A stretch of DNA of 64,000 nucleotides from Bacteroidales bacterium (GCA_024400835.1 JAKSMC010000001.1:16335-80334); one strand, 5' to 3'. Positions 1 through 9,760 are shown, counted from the first letter of the stretch. Numbers and translations: made by a program. The notes: generated by a model from the sequence alone, not told the origin.

Positions 1-2321
1 TACAGAAACTCGGTAAAGAAGTAATGATTTTCGACGGTGCCTTCGGGACCGAACTCGAGAAACGCGGCATTATGTCCAAGATGCCCGAAATGCTCAACAT
101 CACTCATAAAGACCAAATCGCGGACATCCACAAAAGCTATATCGATGCCGGCTGCGACTTCATCACGACGAACACGTTCGGAGCCAACCGCATCAAGATG
201 CCCAATGAGGACCGCAAACTCGTGATTGAAAGTGCCATCGAACTGGCCAAGCGCCACCGCACTTCCCAATACGTGATGATGGACATCGGGCCGCTCGGCA
301 AAATGCTCTACCCGATGGGCGAGCTCTCCTTCGACGATGCCTACGAGGCTTTCAAGGAGATGGTTGTCACAGCCCGCGACCTCGTTGACGGCTTCATACT
401 CGAGACATTCTCCGACCTTTACGAGCTGAAATGCGCTCTATTGGCTGTCAAGGAGAACAGCGACAAGCCTGTGTTCACCACGATGACCTTCGACCAGACC
501 GGCCACACACTCACGGGCACATCCCCGCGCATCATGGCCGAGCTGATGTCCAATATGGGCGCTGATGCCATCGGCGTAAACTGTTCCCTCGGGCCCAAAG
601 ATCTGAAACCCATCGTGGAAGAGCTGCTGCAATATTCCGACAAACCCGTCATCGTGCAGCCCAACCGCGGCATTCCGACGCTCCGCTGCGGCAGGGCCAC
701 CTACAGTCTGACCACGGAGGATTTCGCCAATGTCATGCAGACTTTCTGCGATGCGGGAGTGGCCGTCCTCGGCGGCTGCTGCGGCACCAATCCCGAATTC
801 ATTGCCGCCATTGCCCAAAATAAGGGCAAGCAAGTAACTTCCAGAACAATTGTGCGCAAGGCTACGATTACCTCAGCCACGCAGGCCATCACCTTCGACA
901 AAGTGCAAATCTGCGGTGAGCGCATCAATCCCACGGGCAAAAAGAAACTCAAAGAGGCCATTATCAACGGCGACTTCGACTATATCTTCAAAGAAGCCAT
1001 CAAACAGGAAGAGGCCGGCGCCACTCTGCTGGACGTCAACCTTGGCGTGCCTAAAACCGATGACGTCACGAACATGAAGAACGTCGTCATCCGCCTCAAC
1101 GAAATCACCAACCTGCCGCTGCAGATAGACTCCTCCAACCCTGCCGCCATCGAGACGGGCTGCAGATACTACAACGGCGTGCCGCTCATCAATTCCGTAA
1201 ACGGCAATGCCGACAATATGGCCGCCATCTTCCCGATTGCGAAGAAATACGGCGCCGTCGTATTAGGCCTAACGATGGACGACAACGGCATCCCGCAAAC
1301 TGCAGAGGAGCGCTTCGCCATTGCCGAGCGCATCCTGGACGGTGCCAAACAGTACGGCATCGGCAGCCATCGTATGATGATGGACACGCTGACGCTTACG
1401 TGCAGTGCGCAGCAGCCGCTGGTTAAAGAGACCTTGCGCGCCCTGCGAATGGTCACCGACAAATTGGGCCTGCCCACCGCTTTGGGCGTTTCCAACGTCA
1501 GCTTCGGTATGCCCAACCGCGAACTCATCAACAGCACCTTCTTGGTCATGGCTTTGGAAAACGGCCTTACGATGCCCATCATCAACCCGTGCAATGCGAC
1601 GATGACCAATGCTATTTTGGCGTACAATGCGCTCCGCGGAAATAGCAGCGACTTGGATGCTTTTGTCAACAACGCAGTGGCTCAGGAGAGCACACAGCCC
1701 GCGCCTGCCGCTATGCAGATGACGTTGGGCGAGGCCGTCCGCCGCGGGTTTAAGGACGAGAGCATCGCACTCACCACGGAAGCCCTGCAGACGCAAGACC
1801 CAATGAGCATCATCAACGAAATCCTCATCCCTACCTTGAACGAAGTAGGCAGCGACTTTGAGAAGCAGAAAATCTTCCTGCCGCAGCTCATCTCCGCCTC
1901 GGAAGCCTGCAAAGAGGCCTTCGCCATCATTAAATCCAAGTTCGCACAAGGCGGCAGCCAAAAGGGCACCATCGTGCTGGCCACCGTCAAAGGCGACGTC
2001 CACGACATCGGCAAAAACATCGTGAAGGTGATTTTCGAATCTTACGGCTACAAAGTCATCGACTTGGGCAAGGACACCCCGAAAGAAGCTGTCAAGGAAG
2101 CCTACGAACAACACCATCCCGACGTGATCGGCCTGAGCGCCCTGATGACCACGACCGTGCTGTCAATGGAAGAAACCATCGCCTACTTGAAAGAGAACGG
2201 CGTGAAGTGTCCGATTTATGTGGGTGGCGCAGTGCTCACGCAGGCACTCGCGAACCAAATCCACGCCGACGGCTACACCAAAGACGCCCTCGAATTTGTG
2301 GAGGCTATTGAGAAACTATAA
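1..2321 (+). CDS. metH: Cobalamin-dependent methionine synthase with Hcy-methyltransferase, pterin-binding and B12-binding modules but no AdoMet reactivation domain; 5' end probably lies outside the window
   Basis: 765-aa ORF at 24..2321. Its frame stays open upstream to the window edge (..QKLGKEV before MIFDGAFGTELEKRG). It has the GGCCGT motif of the Hcy/Zn domain and the DVHDIG (DxHxxG) cobalamin motif near the C-terminus. The protein ends right after the B12 domain. Confidence 0.9.
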   Translation, partial: QKLGKEVMIFDGAFGTELEKRGIMSKMPEMLNITHKDQIADIHKSYIDAGCDFITTNTFGANRIKMPNEDRKLVIESAIELAKRHRTSQYVMMDIGPLGKMLYPMGELSFDDAYEAFKEMVVTARDLVDGFILETFSDLYELKCALLAVKENSDKPVFTTMTFDQTGHTLTGTSPRIMAELMSNMGADAIGVNCSLGPKDLKPIVEELLQYSDKPVIVQPNRGIPTLRCGRATYSLTTEDFANVMQTFCDAGVAVLGGCCGTNPEFIAAIAQNKGKQVTSRTIVRKATITSATQAITFDKVQICGERINPTGKKKLKEAIINGDFDYIFKEAIKQEEAGATLLDVNLGVPKTDDVTNMKNVVIRLNEITNLPLQIDSSNPAAIETGCRYYNGVPLINSVNGNADNMAAIFPIAKKYGAVVLGLTMDDNGIPQTAEERFAIAERILDGAKQYGIGSHRMMMDTLTLTCSAQQPLVKETLRALRMVTDKLGLPTALGVSNVSFGMPNRELINSTFLVMALENGLTMPIINPCNATMTNAILAYNALRGNSSDLDAFVNNAVAQESTQPAPAAMQMTLGEAVRRGFKDESIALTTEALQTQDPMSIINEILIPTLNEVGSDFEKQKIFLPQLISASEACKEAFAIIKSKFAQGGSQKGTIVLATVKGDVHDIGKNIVKVIFESYGYKVIDLGKDTPKEAVKEAYEQHHPDVIGLSALMTTTVLSMEETIAYLKENGVKCPIYVGGAVLTQALANQIHADGYTKDALEFVEAIEKL

Positions 2322-2342
2322 ATCATACAATATGATAATAAA

Positions 2343-2375
2343 AGAGCGGCAAATTGGTTTGCCGTTCTTTTATTA
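2343..2375 (+). terminator. Rho-independent terminator after metH
   Basis: An 11-bp stem AGAGCGGCAAA / TTTGCCGTTCT (one G-U pair), a 4-nt loop TTGG, then TTTTATT. Confidence 0.7.
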
Positions 2376-2436
2376 TTTCTTCTTATGAGTTGGCTTTATT
2401 TCCATCCTATTTTCTAATGATGGATGAAGATCAACT

Positions 2437-4420
2437 TTACCTCACAATCAAGACTTTGCTGTCTAACACTTCCCCGTTGGAGGCAACTAATTTCACAGTG
2501 TATTGGCCGTAAATCAAGTCGTTGACGTTTATGTTGACCGATGTTGAGGCTTGGCTGAAAGGCTCTGACTTCACCACCATCCCCATCATATTAGTGAGTT
2601 GGACAGTGCCTCCTGTGATGGTCGGTGCCAAGCGATAGGCCACGGAGACTTGCGTTTCGGCGGGATTGGGTGACATGGTTGTGATGATGCCCTTTTTCAG
2701 CTTCACATTTACACTGTCGCAGGATTTGTAGCCATCAACAGTCGATTCCACCTCCAATTTGTAACGTTGGTTCTTGGTGGCAATCGTTGTCAGGGTTATG
2801 CCAACTGCCACCGTGTCGCCTTGCTCATCGTACCACATATAGTTGGCGGGTTCGCTCACATCTCTTGCATTTAGGGAAATTTCGTCTAAAGGAATTACAA
2901 TTAAATCTTCGGGTGCAACCGCTTGGAAGTTTCTATTGTCATTATATACAGCCTCATAATGTTCGCCGCCATACAGTTCTTTGTCGTCTCGCATTGCGAT
3001 GTCAAAAGTGAAAGTTCTATTTCTCACATTCTGCTTTGTATAAAATTTAACAATGGATTCTATCCAGCCAAACTCGCCAGCCGGTATTTCAACATTGTTC
3101 AAAGATGCTTTTTCGTCCAAAACACGGAAACAATTATTTCCGATATACCTCAAACCCGAGCTTTTGCTTCCTCCATTTTGCCAATCTTCCACCAAGGACG
3201 GATTCAACCTCACATAAAATTCCCCATAATCTAAGATTGACTTGTCTGATGTGTTTTTATGGAGAGCAATGTCAAAATCATACAGGTGTTTCTCCGGTTT
3301 TCTATTGCTCATCCATATTAAAGCAGCAGGTTCCTCTTTCATGACGGAAATGTTCTTCCACGCCACATTGTTGTTGTTCAAGACAAATTGGTCTATCGGG
3401 TAGTTCTGCTGGTTTTCCCCAATAATGTCGTTGCCATCGTGAATGCGGGCAAGCAGACAGAAATGCCATTTCTCCTCTGAATTTTGGAATATGCCGAAAT
3501 TGTAATCTTCCGCTTCCGGTACAAGCCATGGTATCTTAACAGTTGTTGGACAATCAACAGTGCTATTACTCAGCGTACAAGATGGAATAATAGTTTCTCC
3601 AACAAATCCACTCATAGGAACGCTATGGCCGTCTGCGGAATATACGATGGAACCCTCCCATCCGCTTGGCCAGGGCATATTCACACCCGCTTTTGACCAA
3701 TTTAAGAGTAGTTTTTGCTTGCCATTTGAAGGTACAACATCCGCATTCCTTATTTTGACGCATACATTATAGCGTTCTCCGCTCCTCGGATTATCAACGC
3801 GATGATGTTGCATATCTTCTATCCATATATCCGGACTGTCCCACATATAGGTAACGTGACTAGGGGTTTCACCATAGTCACTTATTGTGTCTCTCACGTA
3901 AAGATCAACTTTTGTAGCATTCTTTACGGCAGTGTATGCATTAACCAAACCGTATCCTAATTGCTCATTCCACCAGCCATTGTCTTTAATTATAGATTCA
4001 CATGTAAACAGATATCAAAGCGCATTGTGGGACGACACCTGACACTCCTTTAGAATTATTTCTTATTGCCCCAATGATGCCCGCACAGGCAGTGCCGTGT
4101 TTACTCTCAGGATTGTCAGCATGGTCACCATAGGATAAATATGCAACATTACCAGATAGGTCTGGATGGTTGAAATCAAAACCATCATCCAAAATGGCTA
4201 CCTTAACCCATTGGGATAAACCATCCCAAACGTAATTGGAATTTGTTCAATACAGATTGCGGTATTTCCGCATCTTCATTCAGTAGGACACACAATTTGT
4301 CTGAATGTTGTTCCACTGCGACTTTCTTTCCTTGGTAATAGTAATAAACGCTGTCGTTTTGCGCATTACTCAGAAATACTCCAAGGAACATAAATATTAA
4401 AATATAAAAAAATGTTTCAT
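2437..4420 (-). pseudogene. Disrupted subtilisin-like (S8) serine peptidase with a T9SS C-terminal sorting domain
   Basis: Three pieces lie in three different frames (4203..4391, 3998..4192, 2437..3948). The Asp motif (VAILDDG) and His motif (HGTACAGIIGA) are present. The end of the S8 fold (GYGLVNAYTAV) follows only about 20 codons after ALISVY, so the Asn/Ser part of the catalytic domain is missing. The original ATG at 4420 (MKHFF..) is cut off by a frameshift in an A7/T7 run. The C-terminus has SPNPA...YTVKLVA...VLIVR, typical of a T9SS CTD. Confidence 0.8.
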
Positions 4421-4854
4421 AACACTTTGTTAAATTTATAATTTTTTATTATCCAACCCTGCGTGTTGTCATCGTACCAAGTAATAAGATGCACTTTTAA
4501 TTCCATCGTACTCCTCGTTTTAGAAACTATGTCAAACCAATACATCATACGATCGTCAAATACTCTATTGGATTCTCTATCATACAGAAACATCTGCTTA
4601 CCACATATTTTAAGAGTTTTTCCACTGTAAAACAGAAAGTTTGCATCTGTGTCTTCTGAAGTCAACGGCATCGGATTGGTTTCTACCGTAACAACATCAT
4701 CGGATTCATCAATGGTCAAGACCACTTCCTGTCCCTCTTCCAATACGCATTTCCATTTGGTTATCTTTTCCTTGTAGCAGCCACTAAAGGCCAGTGCAAG
4801 CGAACATAACGCTATGATGAGAAATAAGATGTGTTTTATTCTTTTCATACTCAT
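4417..4854 (-). CDS. Small lipoprotein of unknown function (paralog A)
   Basis: Signal peptide plus lipobox (LAFSGC). It is clearly paralogous to the next gene. ATGA start/stop overlaps join it to both neighbours. Confidence 0.75.
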   Translation of the reverse strand: MSMKRIKHILFLIIALCSLALAFSGCYKEKITKWKCVLEEGQEVVLTIDESDDVVTVETNPMPLTSEDTDANFLFYSGKTLKICGKQMFLYDRESNRVFDDRMMYWFDIVSKTRSTMELKVHLITWYDDNTQGWIIKNYKFNKVL

Positions 4855-5273
4855 AATATTTTTGTGAATTTATAATTTTTAATTTGGGTGTACAAATCGT
4901 CATATTCTGGGAATCCATAGGCCTCTAATTCCATTGTCGTATCTGTTTGGAATACGATGTCAAAACCGAGATATGGATGAATAATAAATTCATCGAAATA
5001 GTTATAATAACATCCATATATCTTTGAATCAACCAGTATATAAATATCGCCATTGCGGAAAACGTATCTAACCGGCTTAGTTGGACGTAACGGGTCAGGG
5101 TTTGTCTCTACTGTAACCATATCACTAGAATGGTCAATAGTCAAAACAATTTCCAAACCCTCCTCCGGTACGCATCTCCATTTGGTTATCTTTTCCTTAT
5201 GGCAGCCGCTAACGATAAGTGTCAGGGTGCAAAGGGCCAAAAGGATTACCATCGTGTGTTTTATATGTTTCAT
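4851..5273 (-). CDS. Small lipoprotein of unknown function (paralog B)
   Basis: Signal peptide plus lipobox (LIVSGC). It shares KEKITKW.CV.EEG.E.VLTID.S.D.VTVETNP.PL and a C-terminal IKNYKF.K.L with paralog A. Confidence 0.75.
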   Translation of the reverse strand: MKHIKHTMVILLALCTLTLIVSGCHKEKITKWRCVPEEGLEIVLTIDHSSDMVTVETNPDPLRPTKPVRYVFRNGDIYILVDSKIYGCYYNYFDEFIIHPYLGFDIVFQTDTTMELEAYGFPEYDDLYTQIKNYKFTKIL

Positions 5274-5349
5274 ATTCGTTGTTTTTGTTTGTTAATAATA
5301 TTATTGAAAGAGTGTTGAATTACCCTAAGTAACCGATAATACGACACCT

Positions 5350-5383
5350 ATTTCAAATGACCTTGAAATACATTTTGAAATAC
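5350..5383. repeat. Inverted plus direct repeat of TTGAAAT in the upstream region of the lipoprotein operon
   Basis: ATTTCAA-atgacc-TTGAAAT-acatt-TTGAAATAC. The arms are 7 bp, and the TTGAAATAC copies are 12 nt apart. Confidence 0.5.
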
Positions 5384-5526
5384 GCCAATAAACAAATAAC
5401 GAAGTAAAAAGGGTAATCCAATCTTCTTGCGGAGGAGCGCAAGAGTATTCAACCCACCTGCCGAGAAATAACTGCTATTACGACAGGTGGCAATGTTTTA
5501 TGAATTGGTTTTGGCCCAACCACACT

Positions 5527-5549
5527 AAATCGTGTGAAACAAATCGTGT
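5527..5549. repeat. Direct repeat AAATCGTGT x2 (period 14)
   Basis: AAATCGTGT gaaac AAATCGTGT. It overlaps a CACAC/GTGTG hairpin. Confidence 0.5.
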
Positions 5550-5618
5550 TAGTATGTGTGTATAATTAGGCTTCATAAAGAAAAACTAACAAGGAATGGT
5601 TATTTGAAAAAAACGTTG

Positions 5619-5626
5619 CAAAGATA
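5619..5626 (-). promoter_or_regulatory. Candidate Bacteroidota -7 promoter box (TATCTTTG)
   Basis: Matches TAnnTTTG on the minus strand. It lies about 345 nt upstream of the lipoprotein B start, which would imply a long leader. Confidence 0.35.
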
Positions 5627-5706
5627 GGAAAAACAAGTATCAATCAGGCTGGAATAGGAAATATTTTTTTGAGCTTTTTAGACGGGTTTAATATTGCGGC
5701 GAGATG

Positions 5707-5744
5707 AAAAAAAGAACGGCATTCCAAAAAAAGGAACGCCGCTC
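5707..5744 (-). terminator. Rho-independent terminator after the histidine kinase gene
   Basis: On minus-strand RNA the hairpin is GGCGUUCC-U7-GGAAUGCC (one G-U pair), extendable at its base, followed by a U-run. The mismatch is a wobble only on the minus strand. Confidence 0.6.
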
Positions 5745-5749
5745 TTTTT

Positions 5750-7252
5750 TTATTTCTTCAGTTGGATTCTCATCACCGTGCCCTGGTCGATTACAGAGGA
5801 TTTGACGAAAAGTTTGCCTTTATGGTATTCATTGATGATACGGCGGGCCAGCGTGAGGCCCAAGCCCCAGCCACGGCTCTTCGATGTATAGCCGGGCGAG
5901 AAAATACGCTTCTGCAACTTGTTGGGAATGCCCTTGCCCGTATCGGTGATATCCACAAACACCTTTTTCTTATCTTCCGTAACATCAATGGTGATAGAAC
6001 CTTCCCCGTTCATTGCGTCCACGGAGTTCTTACATAGGTTTTCAATCACCCATTCGAACAGATAGCGGTTGAGCGGGAGCACCAAAGATTCCGTTTCAGG
6101 CTTGTTGAACGTAATGGAAACTTTTGATGAAATACGGGATTGAAGATATTGTGAGAAATCTTCTATCACCTGCACCAAGTCTGTAGGTTCCAAAACGGGC
6201 GCAGAACCGATTTTCGAGAAACGTTGGGCAATAGTCTCCAGCCTATGCACGTCTTTGCCGATTTCGGTAGGAATAGACTGGTCCACGGGCATCTCCTTCA
6301 GCAACTCCGTCCACGCCATAAGCGAGGAAATAGGTGTGCCAAGTTGATGCGCCGTTTCTTTGGACATACCCACCCAGACTCTGTTCTGCTCCGAACGTCG
6401 AGTAGTGCTGAACAGCAGGTAGGCAATGATGACGAATATGAGGATGAAGCCGAACTGAATATAAGGGAAAATACGTAGTTTTTTCAGCACGGAAGATTCT
6501 TCGTAGAAGACGTAGCATTTGCCCATATCCGTAAGGTTCAGTTCTATAGGCGGATTTTCACTCTTCATCTTTTCCAATCGCAAGCCTAACGCTTCCGCGC
6601 TGCACAAAGTAGCAGAATCTATTTTGCCGGCATTGAGCACGTTGTGCTTGGTACTGTCGGTGATGATAACCGGCACAGAGGCCGAGTTGATGACGGTCTC
6701 CTGGAAAAACGACTGGACGAGGTTGTCAATCACCACGTGAAGATCACCGTACATAGGAGATTCCTGATAGTAAACCGTGAGATAATGATGCGCGAGGTAT
6801 CGCAATTTCAGGCTGTCGAAAGATTTGATAGCATCGCCCATTTCGCGGATATTCTTCATATTCGCAATACTGTCTGGCACATTGGCGGCCGCATCAATAT
6901 TGCCACCGGCGCTCGTAACAATCAATGGGATAGTCTTATTGGAAGATATAATCTCCTGATAGAACGTCAAATCCTCATCCCAGTCGGCCTGCGTCATGCG
7001 TTGGATTGCGGAGGCCAGTATTTTAGCATGATTGCCCTCTTCCAACTTTATGGAATTGAAAAAGCGCTCAGTTTCATTGACGAACTGCGCCTTATAGGAA
7101 ATAGCGCCGGCCCAGATTTCGATACGCTTGCGCTCTTCCTGCGCAATATTGTTGATAAGTTTGTTGGAATGGTAAATAATGAACACAAAAACGATGGCGG
7201 CCGTTACAAACAGCAGCCATTTCCAACGTGCCTGATGTAGATTATTACTCAT
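5750..7252 (-). CDS. Sensor histidine kinase (membrane-anchored, large extracytoplasmic domain); no response regulator adjacent
   Basis: H-box ETAHQLGTPISSL and a C-terminal HATPase_c region (DTGKGIP, GWGLGL). There is an N-terminal TM segment and a second TM before the HisKA domain. Confidence 0.85.
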   Translation of the reverse strand: MSNNLHQARWKWLLFVTAAIVFVFIIYHSNKLINNIAQEERKRIEIWAGAISYKAQFVNETERFFNSIKLEEGNHAKILASAIQRMTQADWDEDLTFYQEIISSNKTIPLIVTSAGGNIDAAANVPDSIANMKNIREMGDAIKSFDSLKLRYLAHHYLTVYYQESPMYGDLHVVIDNLVQSFFQETVINSASVPVIITDSTKHNVLNAGKIDSATLCSAEALGLRLEKMKSENPPIELNLTDMGKCYVFYEESSVLKKLRIFPYIQFGFILIFVIIAYLLFSTTRRSEQNRVWVGMSKETAHQLGTPISSLMAWTELLKEMPVDQSIPTEIGKDVHRLETIAQRFSKIGSAPVLEPTDLVQVIEDFSQYLQSRISSKVSITFNKPETESLVLPLNRYLFEWVIENLCKNSVDAMNGEGSITIDVTEDKKKVFVDITDTGKGIPNKLQKRIFSPGYTSKSRGWGLGLTLARRIINEYHKGKLFVKSSVIDQGTVMRIQLKK

Positions 7253-7304
7253 TTATCAAAAAATAAAACAGGTATGGATAACGCAGGTGACCTAACTTTA
7301 TTGT

Positions 7305-7330
7305 ATAAAAAACGGAGCCGCAAAGCTCCG
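7305..7330 (-). terminator. Rho-independent terminator after the MoxR-like gene
   Basis: Stem ACGGAGC/GCTCCGT with a 6-nt loop, followed on the minus strand by UUUUUUA. Confidence 0.65.
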
Positions 7331-7337
7331 TTAGAAT

Positions 7338-8318
7338 TTATTCGGCTGCAACGAGCAGTTTGTCGATGATTTGTTCGACTGTGATGCCTTCCGCTTCAGC
7401 CTTGTAGTTTTTAATAATACGGTGACGAAGAATGTTATAAGCCACAGCCTTGACGTCTTCGATGTCAGGAGAGAACTTGCCGTCCAAGACAGCGTGTGTT
7501 CGCGCACCGATGATGAGGAACTGTGAGGCACGCGGGCCGGCACCCCAAGAGAGGTAGTCGTGTGCCCACTGATGGCCTTGTGCAGTGCCCGGACGGGTCA
7601 GTGTGGCCAGATTGACGGCATAACGATATACGTTCTCCGGCACAGGAATCTTCTGGAGCAGCTTCTGATAGAAGATGATGTCTTCCACCGTCAGCACGCG
7701 CTTGGGTTCCTGCATGGCGCCATTGATAGTACTCTTCACAATTTGGATTTCCTCCTCCTTCGTCGGGTAGTCCAGCATGATGTTGAACATGAAACGGTCC
7801 TGCTGTGCTTCCGGCAGCGGGTAGGTACCCTCCTGCTCAATCGGGTTCTGCGTAGCCAGGACGAAGAACGGATCGGGAAGAGCATAAGTAGTGCCGTTCA
7901 TACTGACTGAGCGTTCCTGCATGGCTTCCAGCAATGCGGACTGTGTCTTAGGCGGTGTACGGTTGATTTCATCGGCCAGCACGATATTGGCGAAAATCGG
8001 GCCCTTGACGAATTTGAAATTACGACTGTCATCCAGGATTTCAGCACCCATGATGTCAGACGGCATCAAGTCGGGCGTGAACTGGATACGGTTATAACTC
8101 ATATCCACAGCCTTTGCGATAGTGGTAATCATCAAAGTCTTTGCCAAACCGGGAACACCGATCAGCAGAGCGTGGCTTCGGCTGAACATGGCCATAAGGA
8201 CGTTTTTGACAACATCATCCTGACCAACGATGACTTTGGCAATCTCTTGTCTAAGTTCTTTATATTTGTCTACGAAAGCCTCAATAGCTTCCACATCATT
8301 TTTCGTATTCAAATCCAT
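7338..8318 (-). CDS. MoxR-family AAA+ ATPase
   Basis: Walker A GVPGLAKT and the MoxR-type sequence [13 protein letters not shown]. The start is taken at MDLNTK (8318) because the longer ORF overlaps the upstream gene. Confidence 0.85.
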   Translation of the reverse strand: MDLNTKNDVEAIEAFVDKYKELRQEIAKVIVGQDDVVKNVLMAMFSRSHALLIGVPGLAKTLMITTIAKAVDMSYNRIQFTPDLMPSDIMGAEILDDSRNFKFVKGPIFANIVLADEINRTPPKTQSALLEAMQERSVSMNGTTYALPDPFFVLATQNPIEQEGTYPLPEAQQDRFMFNIMLDYPTKEEEIQIVKSTINGAMQEPKRVLTVEDIIFYQKLLQKIPVPENVYRYAVNLATLTRPGTAQGHQWAHDYLSWGAGPRASQFLIIGARTHAVLDGKFSPDIEDVKAVAYNILRHRIIKNYKAEAEGITVEQIIDKLLVAAE

Positions 8319-8328
8319 AGTTGTAAGT

Positions 8329-9678
8329 TTAAGGAATCTGCCATTTTGTGACAAATTCGCAGTCTCTATAATGATCGTTAAGTTTAATGCTTGTCACTTT
8401 GACTTTGTCAACGACCCATTTTTGAAGGGCGTCGTATTTTTTCTCCTCCAGCGCCGCATTTTTAATCATATCGTAATCTTCAACGATATTGGCCTTGTGT
8501 TCAGCGATTTTTTCCTTCAGGTAAATAAGTCTGTACGCCATGATGCCGTCGTCATTGACAAAGGGGAGGCATTCGGAGTACTCGCCTGGGATAAGTTTGT
8601 TCAGCGCCGCGTACGTAGCCTCGTCGAGAGTCTGACGGTCAAAGCTGTTGGAACTGGTATAGGGGTTCACGGCGAGGCCGCCGCCATTCTTTGTTGGAGC
8701 TTCGGAAAAGCGTTTGGCTGCCTCAGCGATGCCGAGTTTCTCATTGAGGATGATGGCGCGGACACTGTCCAAATAAGTGATGGCGCGGACCTGTTCGTCA
8801 GTTGAAGGCTTAGGTTGGATGAGGATATGGGCCACGTGGACAGACTCTCCGCGACGTTCAATCATTTGGATGATATGATAGCCGTAAGTAGTCTTTATCA
8901 CCTGGGAAATCTCACCTGTTTTGAGGTTGAAGGCTGCGGCTTCGAATTCAGGGACCATAGTGCCGCGTTCGACAAAGCCGAGGTCACCGCCCTTGGAAGC
9001 GCTGCCCGGGTCATCGGAATAAAGGCGTGCGAGCATGGAGAACTTCTCGCCACGCAGGACGCGTTCGCGATAATCATTCAGGCGTTGTTTGACAGACTCG
9101 ACTTCCTCCTCGCTCACCGGCGGAATTTTGACAATCTCGCCGAACTGATAGGCGGTAGGCACTACCGGCATGCTGTCAGGGGAAAGTTTGGAAGCGAACT
9201 GTTTGACTTCGGAAGGCGTGACGGTGATGTCGCCCGTGATTTTGGACTGCACATGTTCAATGAGAGCCTGTTCGTACATCATCTCCTTAAGGTCCTTTTT
9301 GATTTCGGCCATCGGTTTGTGGAAATACTCCTCGATGTACTTTTCATTGCCGCCAACCTGTTGGAGGAAATAGGACATACGGGCGTTGACGCTATAGTCC
9401 ACTTCTTCATCTGTAACCTCTATGCTGTCCAATTCCGCCTGGTTGACCATCAGTTTGTTGAACACGAGAGTCTCGAGGATGTAGCATTTCGTCTCCATCG
9501 GATCTTCGACCGTCTTGAACTGGGCCGTATAGTCCAGGTAATGCTTCTCCAGGTCGGACTGCATAATAATCTCCTTGCCGATGACTGCTACGATGCCGTC
9601 GACAGACGCCCCACCGCCTTGTGCGAACATGAGCGTAGCACACAAAGAGAGCAAAATGGTGAAAACGATTCTTTTCAT
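8329..9678 (-). CDS. Periplasmic peptidyl-prolyl isomerase, SurA/parvulin type
   Basis: Signal peptide [20 protein letters not shown] and a parvulin domain (GGDLGFV...TTYGYHIIQ). Confidence 0.85.
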   Translation of the reverse strand: MKRIVFTILLSLCATLMFAQGGGASVDGIVAVIGKEIIMQSDLEKHYLDYTAQFKTVEDPMETKCYILETLVFNKLMVNQAELDSIEVTDEEVDYSVNARMSYFLQQVGGNEKYIEEYFHKPMAEIKKDLKEMMYEQALIEHVQSKITGDITVTPSEVKQFASKLSPDSMPVVPTAYQFGEIVKIPPVSEEEVESVKQRLNDYRERVLRGEKFSMLARLYSDDPGSASKGGDLGFVERGTMVPEFEAAAFNLKTGEISQVIKTTYGYHIIQMIERRGESVHVAHILIQPKPSTDEQVRAITYLDSVRAIILNEKLGIAEAAKRFSEAPTKNGGGLAVNPYTSSNSFDRQTLDEATYAALNKLIPGEYSECLPFVNDDGIMAYRLIYLKEKIAEHKANIVEDYDMIKNAALEEKKYDALQKWVVDKVKVTSIKLNDHYRDCEFVTKWQIP

Positions 9679-9732
9679 TTTTTTAGAGTTTGGAAAAAGA
9701 AAAAACACGTTTCGAAAACGCGGGGCGAAAAT

Positions 9733-9760
9733 ACAAAAAAAAGAAGACTTCTGCCTTCTT
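9733..9760 (-). terminator. Rho-independent terminator after rpmH
   Basis: On the minus strand, an 8-bp stem AAGAAGGC/GUCUUCUU (one G-U pair), loop AGAA, then U8. Confidence 0.7.

Noticed and set aside
5478-5576. A 32-codon minus-strand ORF (MKPNYTHILTRFVSHDLVWLGQNQFIKHCHLS) in the long region upstream of the lipoprotein operon
   Set aside because: Nothing supports it beyond being open. I mention it under the leader finding but do not call it a gene.
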